From Eledone cirrhosa (taxonomy: Eukaryota), in the NCBI GenBank assembly GCA_964016885.1, contig OZ024746.1, positions 1,798,001-1,862,000 on the forward strand: DNA of 64,000 nucleotides. Direction: 5' to 3'. Positions 52,373 to 63,096 of this stretch are shown piece by piece. The notes under the pieces were generated by a model. The model was given only the letters and a program-made list of their open reading frames with translations, was not told the DNA's origin and ran no database searches. Both the position numbers and the translations under genes were made by a program. Each line of letters begins with the position of its first letter. Position 1 is the stretch's first letter.

Positions 52373-53861
52373 ACGCGCGCGCGTACGTACGTACGTACAA
52401 TCGCGCAGATGAAAGCGAAGGTTTATTAATTTAATATTTATATCTAGCATGCGTGTAAGTAAACATACATACCCTTCCACATCAGCAGACACACACATGA
52501 ATAAATAGGAAGAGATGCACCGCTGAACCGACGCTACCATCAAAGCCAACTAGGGAGCCGTCTAAGGTGTGTAAGACATCAGAGAGATGCACTGCTGAAC
52601 ATTAATACATCATAGTCTTATACAAATTTATATAATTGATTTAAATATATAATAATTGTCTGCGATCAATCAATAAATCGCTAAACATCTCTGCCTTGTA
52701 GCAGCGTTTTGGAAATATGGAAATATGTGGAGTGAGTCGTTGCTGTGACATGGTCTGGTAAACGTAGATTTAATATTGGTAATGAGAAGAAGAAGTGTCG
52801 AAAATCTAGGTTCGTCGGTTTACCAAACTGCAAGTTAAAATTATTTGAAGAATAGAGCGCATAATTGGGAGAAGAGGGCTTATACTGTAAAGGTGTCTTA
52901 GAATGGTAAATACCCAGGCACAGGCTCTGGATATAAAGGGGTGCGAAGGAAAGAGAGACTAAATAAAAAATTAAGATAGTGAGAGAAAACTGAAGATATA
53001 ATAATGTGTATTCAACTTACTGAAGGCAAGCATGGTGGTGTTTGTTTTGATAGAACGTACGGGGGGGGGTAAATGAAAGATGTGTGAAAAAGCGATGAGG
53101 GATAATGGAGAGAGGGGGGAAAGAGGTGGGTGAGGTAGATAGAGAGGGAAATAGATAAATAGACAGAGAGAGAGAGAGTAAAAAATCTACTGAAGATAAA
53201 CAAATAGATATATGTGAATCTCACCTTAATTACACAGGTGAATATTAAACCAGATCGCACAAACTAAGCTGCATTCTTCCTTGCTGAAGGAAACTAATAT
53301 GTGTAGGAATTGCCGTATCGATCGAATGGAGGAGGGGTGACGAGGTAATTACTTCTCTTAAAGGTTAATATATTAAGTCATTCTATGGCGATTTTCATTC
53401 AAAATTGAAAAGTATTTCTTGAATTCAAGATTCTGATATATATCATTTGAATCACACACACTATATATATATATATATATATCATTTGAATCACACACAC
53501 ACACACACACACTATATATAAATATATATATAAATATATCATTTGAATCACACACACTATATATATATATATATATATCATTTGAATCACACACACACAC
53601 ACACACACTATATATAAATATATCATTTGAATCACACACACTATATATATATATATATAGTATGTGTGTGTGCGTGTGATTCAAATGATATATTTATATA
53701 TATATATATATATTTATATAGTGTGTGTGTGTGTGTGATTCAAATGATATATTTATATATATAAACAATGTGTTATTTGTTTTGTTGATTATTCAACAAA
53801 GTTAATTTATAACAGTTTAGAAGCACTCAACAATATTTTCTGGAGTATAATTAATATCAAT

Positions 53862-54045
53862 AATTGTTTCTACTTTAGGCACAAGGCCGGCAATGACCCA
53901 GTGCATTACTGGTACTTTATTATATCGACCTCGTAAGGATGAAAGGCAAAGTTAACCTCGGCGGGATTTGAACTCAGATCGTAAAGGGACGTAACTATGC
54001 TGGAAAGCATGGCGTCCGACCCTCTACCGATACTGCCAATCCACC
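53862..54045 (-). mobile_element. Deu/Nin-domain SINE inserted into a hammerhead-element arm
   Basis: Full-length copy flanked by ATCAATAAT on both sides. Confidence 0.88.
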
Positions 54046-54094
54046 AATCAATAATATTAATAAATATCCTTATAATATTTTAGTACGCTTTCGT

Positions 54095-54154
54095 CTGACG
54101 AAAGCGTACTAAAATATTGGTACCCTTGAAATATGTATAATAAAATAAATATGG
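54095..54154 (+). ncRNA. Hammerhead ribozyme core (family A), 5' strand of stem I lost to a fold-back
   Basis: CTGACGA-AAGCGTACTAA/TTGGTACCCTT-GAAA-TATGTA-TA-ATAAAATAAATATGG. Confidence 0.65.
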
Positions 54155-54246
54155 TTTTATAAGGATATTTTCCATTTATTAATATTATTGATATTTTATA
54201 TATATATATATATATATAATATATATATATATACATACATACACAC

Positions 54247-54424
54247 ACGAGGGTCGGCTGACCAAGATACTCTCATGGATTGACCAAATGAGGTTTAGTT
54301 GTCCCTGGAAAGAAACAATGCAGTTATTAATAAGAAGAGTTGAAATCAATGCATTCAAAATTTCACAGCTCTAGCATCACTCTCTCATAGTCAGCCTATG
54401 AACTTTTCAGCTCCCACCCTCGTA
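54247..54424. mobile_element. Decayed mariner-type MITE
   Basis: Ends ACGAGGGT..GCTGA and TCAGC...ACCCTCGTA resemble TACGAGGG..GCTGAAAAGT mariner TIRs. Confidence 0.55.
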
Positions 54425-54640
54425 TATATATATATGTGTGTGTGTGTGTATTATATATATATATATAAGTTAAAACAATGAAATAAAAAATCAAGTCATT
54501 AGAAATATACTGCACTGCTTTACGGTCGTTTCTAGGTGATGATAATACATCGTAACTATACTTCGATATCGATTTATGTAAGGTTAGTTACAAAATATCA
54601 GATAAAGAGAATATTTACTTACATGCATATCACCAGCTGT

Positions 54641-54700
<60 letters not shown>

Positions 54701-54959
54701 CATATATTGTTATACTTTAGGAGGGTAGGACAACAAAGAGGGGACACAAAATAACAAAAGTAGTCACTGAGGAGGTTACAGAATGTGTGACGAAAAAGCT
54801 TTGATGACAATCACCAACTAAACAACCATCCAGTTATTAAATTAACTGACTGGATAACTATAATAAATTGAAGTGCAACCAACAGACGCATATATTTGAT
54901 ATATATTTATCCTTATCGACTCCTCTTTGGATTTTAGTCTTCAAATTTTTTATTATTAT

Positions 54960-55027
54960 TATTATTACTATATATATATATATATATATTATCATCATCA
55001 TTATATATATATATATATAATGATGAT

Positions 55028-55062
<35 letters not shown>

Positions 55063-55090
55063 GATGATAATATATATATATAATGATGAT

Positions 55091-55127
<37 letters not shown>

Positions 55128-55155
55128 GATGATAATATATATATATAATGATGAT

Positions 55156-55186
<31 letters not shown>

Positions 55187-55224
55187 ATGATGATAATATA
55201 TATATATATATATATAATGATGAT

Positions 55225-55263
<39 letters not shown>

Positions 55264-55300
55264 GATGATAATAATATATATATATATATATATAATGATG

Positions 55301-55342
<42 letters not shown>

Positions 55343-55413
55343 GATGATAATATATATATATATATATATATATATAATGATAATAATATATATATATATA
55401 TATAATGATGATA

Positions 55414-55447
<34 letters not shown>

Positions 55448-55453
55448 GATGAT

Positions 55454-55494
<41 letters not shown>

Positions 55495-55535
55495 GATGAT
55501 AATAATATATATATATATATATATATAATGATGAT

Positions 55536-55585
<50 letters not shown>
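54960..55585. repeat. (TA)n with periodic ATGATGAT interruptions
   Basis: Compound microsatellite. Confidence 0.95.
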
Positions 55586-55589
<4 letters not shown>

Positions 55590-55991
55590 AAAAGTTCTAT
55601 TTAAATTGTTGGGATACAACAAGCAAATATTTGATATAAAGCAAAATAACTGATATAAAGCACTCAACAAATAATTGGAGTAAAAATACGATATTACAAA
55701 TGGAAACTATATTTATAAAACGATATTTATTTCATTATACATATTTCAAGGACACCAAGTTAAATTATGGTGTGCTTTCATCAGATAAAATATAATATAG
55801 ATCAGTTTTATAAATAAATATTGACATACCCTTAAAGAATGCGACCATGTCTGTTGGAAGCTCCAATGAAATAAATATGGTTTTATAAATATAGTTTCCA
55901 TTTGTTAATTTACTCCAATAATTTGTTGAGTGCTTTATATCAGTTATAAAAATATTTGCTTGTTGTATCCCAACAATTTAAATATAACTTC

Positions 55992-55998
<7 letters not shown>
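55585..55998. mobile_element. Penelope-like non-autonomous element (family A): inverted arm plus forward arm
   Basis: 55585-55864 is the reverse complement of ~56999-57270; 55865-55998 is a forward copy of 57128-57272; (TA)n on both sides. Penelope assignment is inferred from the ribozyme and the inverted layout. Confidence 0.65.
55721..55800 (-). ncRNA. Type I hammerhead ribozyme (family A)
   Basis: Minus strand: CTATATTATATTTTAT-CTGATGA-AAGCACACCA..TGGTGTCCTT-GAAA-TATGTA-TA-ATGAAATAAATAT. Confidence 0.8.
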
Positions 55999-56047
<49 letters not shown>

Positions 56048-56064
56048 GATGATAATAATAATAA

Positions 56065-56226
56065 TCGTTCCTTATTTAGGCAGAGGAAAGTCAATTAAAT
56101 CGACCCCAGTGCATGACTGGTACTTTATTTTATCGTCCCCGGAAGGATGAAAGGCAAAGTTAACCTCGGCGGGATTTGAACTCAGACCGCAAAGGGCCGT
56201 AACTCTATGGTGAAAAGCATGGTGTC
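56065..56226 (-). mobile_element. Deu/Nin-domain SINE (followed by a CORE-SINE head to ~56355)
   Basis: Family match on the minus strand. Confidence 0.75.
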
Positions 56227-56518
56227 AGTATTGCTGCTACTCATTTTCAGCTGGAGCAACGTGAAATGAAGTGTTTTGTTCAAGGAACACAACACACAAC
56301 CCAGCCCAGGAACCGAACCCACGACATTATGATCGTAAGTCCAACACCCTTACAACTATACACAGACATATATAAATATATACATTCCTACAAACGCATA
56401 TATATATATAAATAGTTACAACACTGACATATACAGGTATTTAAGTTTCGTTAGGTTATACACCCTCAACTCATTCGGGCTGTTATATAAAATAAATATA
56501 TATTTATATATATATTTA

Positions 56519-56569
56519 ACAGGCTGAATGAGTTGAGGGTGTATAACCCAACGAAACTTGAGTACCTGT
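56519..56569 (+). ncRNA. Type I hammerhead ribozyme (family B), core with one extra nucleotide
   Basis: ACAGG-CTGAATGA-GTTG(A)GG..CCCAAC-GAAA-CTTGAG-TA-CCTGT; predicted cleavage after GUA (56564). Confidence 0.65.
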
Positions 56570-56646
56570 ATATGTCAGTGTTGTAACTATTTATGGACTG
56601 AGTGCTCTTATCCTTGGATGTTTCTACCAAAATTATTCTACTGTTT

Positions 56647-56694
<48 letters not shown>

Positions 56695-56989
56695 CGAAGG
56701 AAATGTGGTAAGGAACCAGGTGGACCATAACGCACCAAAGTACTCAATACTTAGGGTAGTAGAGTGGGTAATAGGAACCAGTAAGACCCCGGGGGAGGGG
56801 TCTTACTGGTTCCTATATATATATGTATATCTAACGAAGGAAGTGTGGTAAGGAACCAGGTGGACCATAACGCACCAGAGTACTCAATACTTAGGGTAGT
56901 AGAGTGGGTAATAGGAAAATCTTCAAGAAATAGCCGTCGAAACGGCTTGAGCTCTGCCCTCGGGGTCTTGAACATTTTCATATATATAT

Positions 56990-57272
56990 CACTATTCGGG
57001 AGCTTCCAACAGACATGGTCGCATTTTTTTAAGGGTATGTCAATATTTGTTTATAAAACTGATCTATATTATATTTTATCTGATGAAAGCGCACCATAAT
57101 TTGCTTTGGTGTCCTTGAAATATGTATAATGAAATAAATATGGTTTTATAAATATAGTTTCCATTTGTTAATATATTGTATTTTTACTCCAAAAATTTGT
57201 TGAGTGCTTTATATCAGTTATAAAAATATTTACTTGTTGTATCCCAACAAATTAAATATAACTTCTACATAT
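56990..57272 (+). mobile_element. Penelope-like non-autonomous element (family A), forward copy
   Basis: About 280 bp non-coding unit between TA runs; carries a hammerhead; inverted twin at 55585-55864. Confidence 0.65.
57064..57143 (+). ncRNA. Type I hammerhead ribozyme (family A)
   Basis: Stem I CTATATT(A)TATTTTAT/ATGAAATAAATATGG; CTGATGA 57080-57086; stem II AAGCGCACCA/TGGTGTCCTT; GAAA 57117-57120; quasi-palindromic stem III TATGTA; predicted cleavage after AUA (57128). Confidence 0.82.
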
Positions 57273-58711
57273 ATATATACACACCCACAAACACACGTAT
57301 ATACACACACGCACATAGTGTCAACAATTAAATCGAACGACAGTTAGAGAGCTTGACAGATAACAGACAAACATATATATTATCTATTAGACAGGTATGT
57401 TTATGTGGGGAAAGTGAGCCGATAGAAGAAATACAGGTATACTTAGTTGATACCACGGAACAGTCATTAACTCAACATTAAGTCATTGTCAACTATTGAA
57501 GTTATTATATAGAAGATTTCCTATATTTTCAGGTAATCCAAACATAAAATCACGGATCATACATAACCTTATTTTCTTTTGCGTGAACCAGGGAGTTTAT
57601 GGTTGTTTGACATGCTAGAAATAGCAATCAAATCTCCCTTTTTAAACACTCAACCTTCTTAGAAAAAAGGGGCGGTATTCTTTAATGAAGAGGTTGTTAT
57701 GGGAAAAGACCTGGTTTTCATGGATCGTTAGCATCAGGGTTGGCGTGGGACTAAACAACAACTTTTTTTTGTTATATTTAAGAGATTACTGCTGATTATA
57801 TATATATATATATATATAATAAAATAAATACAATATCGGAGAAAGCTTTTTAATATATTATTATATATATATATATATACGAGATAACAAATTATTGTTA
57901 TAGGTAGTCCACTTAGGGTACTCCGAGTAGTATATATATATTTAATTTCTACTATATTTTAAGGGATTTACTTAATTTTTCTTTACATGGGTTTGCCTAT
58001 ATTTAAATGTTTACTATATTTTGCAGGGTCACATAGATTCTTTTCTTTTTTTTTTTTTTTTGTTATTAAGATTTCGTTGGGTGGGTTTCTTTTTATGACA
58101 GAGATATTTACTATAGGTACATATATGCTGCAATGAAAAAAATGGGAACATTTTATAGAGGTTTGTTGAGTACTTACCCAGTCATGTAGTCACTATCAAA
58201 CGTTACGTACAAGTGAGGGAAAATAATATTTTGTCCGGCAATATCAACAAGACCTGAAGCTCTGAGTGCCGGTATGTGTAATATTACCTGTGAGTGTGTA
58301 GGGAGAGGGCGCACGCGCCTGTCTACCTATCTGTCTCCGCGCTGGTTGTATAGTGGATCAGAAAATGGAGGTGAAAGGATAATATTGTGGCCTTTTTTTC
58401 CATAATGGACTCTACAACAATGAGAAAGAGGTGGGGGAGATATTGTAGTCAAAGTATTTCAATAGAACCATTCAGTAAATTCAAATACACTCATACACAT
58501 ACTTTCTCGTTTGTATCACCCAACCTTATAATTATTTACATGTTTATGTGAATGAAAATATGTAATGCCAGAAATTCATTCTTTAACACTGTACTTTAAA
58601 CACAATGTACGAGAGGATACATTTATATACAATATAGATAATTTCACACATACATGTTCCTTATTCTTTTATTGCTTTCAGTCATTAGACTGCAGCTATG
58701 CTGGACATCGC

Positions 58712-58764
<53 letters not shown>

Positions 58765-58908
58765 TCAACACTGTTTTACGTCCTTTTTTCCACGCTGGCA
58801 TGGGTTAAACGAGTTATCCTGTTGTGGGCAATGCTAGGTCAGGTGACCATGTCTTGCTCATACACAACTGATTTTGGTTGGTGTCTACAGCTGAATGCCC
58901 TTCCTAAC

Positions 58909-58957
<49 letters not shown>

Positions 58958-59086
58958 AATGTAGGAGGTGAGTTTTATTGTAGTACAATAAAGCAATGCA
59001 GATATCGGATAAGTAGCACTCTACAGTTTGTAGGACTGGAGTATACATAATATATAAGATCAAAAGATGGTTAAAAGAGTTCCATG

Positions 59087-59157
59087 TATTTTATTATGCG
59101 CATTTCAAAAACAAATATCATCATGCAATAACATTTGCGTTTTCGTCAGATAAAATA
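59087..59157 (-). ncRNA. Type I hammerhead ribozyme (family D), mirror copy
   Basis: Reverse complement of 59270-59340. Confidence 0.8.
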
Positions 59158-59269
59158 GGGAGACATAATATGAAGGTTAAAACACACTTGTGAATAGTGC
59201 AGTTTTAAATCTGTTGATTTAAAACTGCACTATTCACAAGTGTGTTTTAACCTTCATATCATGTCTCCC

Positions 59270-59340
59270 TATTTTATCTGACGAAAACGCAAATGTTATT
59301 GCATGATGATATTTGTTTTTGAAATGCGCATAATAAAATA
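59270..59340 (+). ncRNA. Type I hammerhead ribozyme (family D)
   Basis: TATTTTAT-CTGACGA-AAACGCAAATGTTATT/GATGATATTTGTTTTT-GAAA-TGCGCA (palindrome)-TA-ATAAAATA; predicted cleavage after 59332. Confidence 0.82.
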
Positions 59341-59370
59341 CATGGAACTCTTTTAACCATCTTTTGATCT

Positions 59371-59400
<30 letters not shown>

Positions 59401-59405
<5 letters not shown>

Positions 59406-59588
59406 GCGTTATATATAGCGAGTTCAGGTCCCATGGATGGATATATATATATATGGCGTTATATATAGCGTGTTCTGGTCCCATGGATGGATATATATAT
59501 ATATGGCGTTATATATAGCGAGTTCTGGTCCCATGGATGGATATATATGTATATGGCGTTATATATAGCGAGTTCTGGTCCCATGGAT

Positions 59589-59643
<55 letters not shown>

Positions 59644-59723
59644 GTTATATATAGCGTGTTCAGGTCCTATGGATGGATATATATATATATATATATATCC
59701 ATCCATGGGACCTGAACTCGCTA
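59401..59723. repeat. Tandem array of a ~40-bp unit with (TA)n spacers and an inverted last copy
   Basis: GGCGTTATATATAGCG(A/T)GTTC(A/T)GGTCCCATGGATGG x5, then an inverted partial copy at ~59697-59723. Confidence 0.9.
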
Positions 59724-60780
59724 TCGTGACATATTGGATGTTTTAACCCTTCTAAGTTCGAAGACAACAAATTTCTTGCAGAGAGAGAAAGTGAAAGAGA
59801 GGTAGAGGAAGAATTAATTTCAATATTCAATTGGTACTTTATTTATCGACCTCGAAAGAGTGAAAAGCAAATTTAATCTTGGTTTTCTATCCGATATTCT
59901 ATATCACCATTATATTTCATTTTAAATATTTAAAATCCACTTTTCCATGCTTGCATAGGTTTGATTGTGTATATTATAAATTGTACTTCCCCCCTCCCTC
60001 CATACACATCATCATCGTTCTTACGTCCACTTTTCCATGCTTGCACGGGTCCTTCTCAGCACAGCATCTCTCCATTTGTTGCTTCCTTCATCATCTCCTC
60101 TGCCAGTCTTGGAAATTTGAGGTCAGCTTTCACGACTTCTGCCCAAGTTTTTCTTGGTCGTCATCTACTGCAGCTTCCTTCCACTGGGATTTCCTGGCAT
60201 TTCTTTCGAACTCACAACCTCGTGATTCAAATTCAATTCTCTAACCACTCAGGCCAGTATTACAACAAAACCATACCAGGAACATACGTTTCATCGGTCA
60301 GGAGGAACAACTTTTCAACCTGTGCCAGGGGTAAAGGAACCAGAAATAGCTTATATAAAAGAGAGAGATATGAGAGCAACCCAAGGAGCAGGTAATAAAA
60401 GAGGAATGGAGAAAGTAATTTAAAATATTGGAAAAACGTTTAGAACCCAACCTAGAGGGGATAACCCTTGCAGTTAGAACTACTATGTAGGTCACCACAA
60501 GAGATTAGACAGGGGATAACTTAGGGCTAAAGTAGGAATAAAGAATGTTTTAAGAATAAACCTTATTTTAGGAATAAAATATATTTTTTGAGTAAGTTGC
60601 TATGAAGACCAGTTCTTTAGAAGGTGCTTTGTGGCATGGGGACAGTGAGAGAAGAACTCTAGGTGAGTATTTAAAGGTCTATTGTTAGTGTAAAGGTTAT
60701 TATATTAAAACTCGCTCTATGGACTTGAGTTGCTTTATGGCTTGGATATTTCAACCAAGTTATTACCATGTATATATATA

Positions 60781-60855
<75 letters not shown>

Positions 60856-61440
60856 ACACTCACACAAGTGTACTGTTGTCAATCCAGACATACTTGCCAC
60901 CAACAATGTTTTCCTTCTCTCTTCTTGACTGGTGTTTTGTAATCTGGAACAACTCACACTTCTGATCCTCCTTTCAATCTCTCTCCTTGCTAGGTATACT
61001 TGCCGCCTGTATAGATAAGGTTACTGGGTAGCTAGTGAGTACAATAATATACTTTAGCTCAGGCTACTTATAGGCAACATGACAGTGACATATATTTCTA
61101 CCATAGTCAGGATTAATGGATCAACAGAAGAACCTAGTAAGGATTAGTGATGAATCAGTGAAGCATTTAATGCAGAAGACTTGGTTGTAATACCTTTGCT
61201 TTTATTTTAGTGTCAAATGACATCAGAAAATATTTAGGAATGGAATGTTCCTGGGAATGTATATGTACTGGTTGGTCTAGTTCTCATGGCTGTCTCCTGA
61301 AGACCTTTAGTAGTTAAACATTTGGCAGTTTAATTGTAATAGAATTAATTTCATTAGAAATATAAACACAAAAGGGTTAAGTTAACATTCCCTCAACTGT
61401 TCTGTTTCATATTGATGTTGTTCAATGGTTCATCTCTCAA

Positions 61441-61990
61441 TCATTCATCATCATCGTTTAACATCCATTTTTCCATGCTAGCATGGGTTAGACGAGTTGT
61501 CCTGTTATGAGACCAAGTCAGGTCAAATGACCATGTCTTGGTTTCTACTGTTGGATGCCCTTCCTAATGCCAACCACATTTACAGTGAGTATTGGGGGGC
61601 TTTTTGTATGTCACCTACACAAGCACTTTACAGTATGGGCTTGGGACTTTGGTGGGGGAGGTGTGTGGATATTGGAGAGGTTGATATAGGGGCATGTGTG
61701 AGGGGTGGAGTGTTAGGACGTGGGAGGGAGTGGAGGTGAATATGGTGCACACTAGATGCTTCAGCCTGTGTTTATGGGAAGGTGTGTCTTCTGTATTACT
61801 GCATAACGTCAGAGATCTCGGTCCTGTGTCATCACCTTTGAGAAGTACAATTGTGCAAGGTCAGCTTTTATCACCTCATCCTCAAGTCTTCCTAGATCTT
61901 CTTATGCCATAACTTCCATCACCTTTGAGCACTCTGCACCTTTTTATACAGCTTATCATTCATATGCATCACATGTCCATACCAACGCAT
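61441..61990 (-). mobile_element. Decayed RTE 3' end (C-terminal codons + UTR)
   Basis: (CAT)n, GGATGCCCTTCCTAATGCCAACC, and CATCACATGTCCATACCAACGC (RWYGHVM on the minus strand). Confidence 0.75.
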
Positions 61991-62028
61991 TAATTAGTGT
62001 AGTGGTGCACAATAAAGTATGTGGGTGA

Positions 62029-62325
62029 AGGCACGTGGCTTAGTGGTTAGAGTGTTTGGCTCCTGATTGCAAGGTCATGAGATTGATTCTCATTCACATT
62101 GTATTCTTGAGCAAGACACTTTATTTCACGTTGCTCCCGTTTACTCAGCTGATAAAAATAAGTTATACCAGTATTTCAAAAGGCCAGCCATGTCTCTCAT
62201 TGTGTCACATTGAATTTCCCTGAGAACTATTTTATGGAATCTGTGGAATGCTCAGCCACTTACATGTTAATTTCCTGGGCAGATTGTTCTCTTGTTCAAA
62301 CAACTGGAATATTTGTCATTGAAGT
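62029..62325 (+). mobile_element. tRNA-derived CORE-like SINE with a different 3' part
   Basis: TGGCTTAGTGG A box; CTTGAGCAAGACACTTTATTTCAC core as at 979. Confidence 0.7.
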
Positions 62326-62409
62326 CCAACAAAAACAGTTGTCTTTTGATACATTAAACTATAATTTGTGTGAACTGTGCAAGTGTTTACTTTCAGGTCT
62401 TCAATAGTC

Positions 62410-62756
62410 ACCTCCCCCCAGCCCCGCTTATTAATTTTCAGACCCCACCATCCCTGCCTTGCTTATTAAATTTTGCTAATCTATCTCTGGCAAAATTTTA
62501 TTTTAAGTGGTAGCATTCCTGCAACAATTTTCTTTGGACATTAAAAACATTGTATATGACAAAAAAAAGTACATTACAAAAATCCCATTTGTTATAAAAT
62601 AAATAGGATGGGTCGGGGTCTCAATATGTAAACTAAATGACTAATTCTGGTTTTTAAAAAAATCAACAGAGACAACCTAGAAAAATGACCAGTTTCCAAC
62701 TCTCCCACTTATTCCAACCCCTTGTCATTCCCCTTATTATTTGGGACCTGAGAGTA
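62410..62756 (-). mobile_element. Dispersed repeat (family of 8630 and 40245)
   Basis: Reverse complement of 40245-40580. Confidence 0.6.
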
Positions 62757-63096
62757 GCCATGATGTGTAACTAAATACCCTGGATAAATGCCAGTTTTAT
62801 CTCTGTGGACAGAAAAGGTGGCTGAGTGACTGCCTACAGAGATAAATATGACATTTGCCAATATATGTCTATTTGTGTTTCAACAGTCTCTTTACTTTCA
62901 CATATAAGTAGAGATAAATGTTATTAACTTTTGTTGAAGCAATCCATCACTAGTTTCTTCAAATTCAAGCTTTTAAGGGAGATAATTCCTTTATCAGAAT
63001 TTTATTTAAATTTAAATAGTAATTCCACTTGGAAACTTTTTAATAAACCATTAAATAGACTTTATAACATTCAATATATTTAAGATTCATTATATC

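Larger units (their letters stand above)
59047..59380. repeat. Near-perfect palindrome: 165-bp arms, 4-nt loop
   Basis: 59047-59211 vs 59216-59380; one mismatch seen (CATAATATG vs CATGATATG). Confidence 0.95.

Noticed and set aside
54510-54640. Minus-strand GAAA-CGACCG-TA half-motif
   Set aside because: No matching CUGANGA or stem I found; at most a truncated relic.
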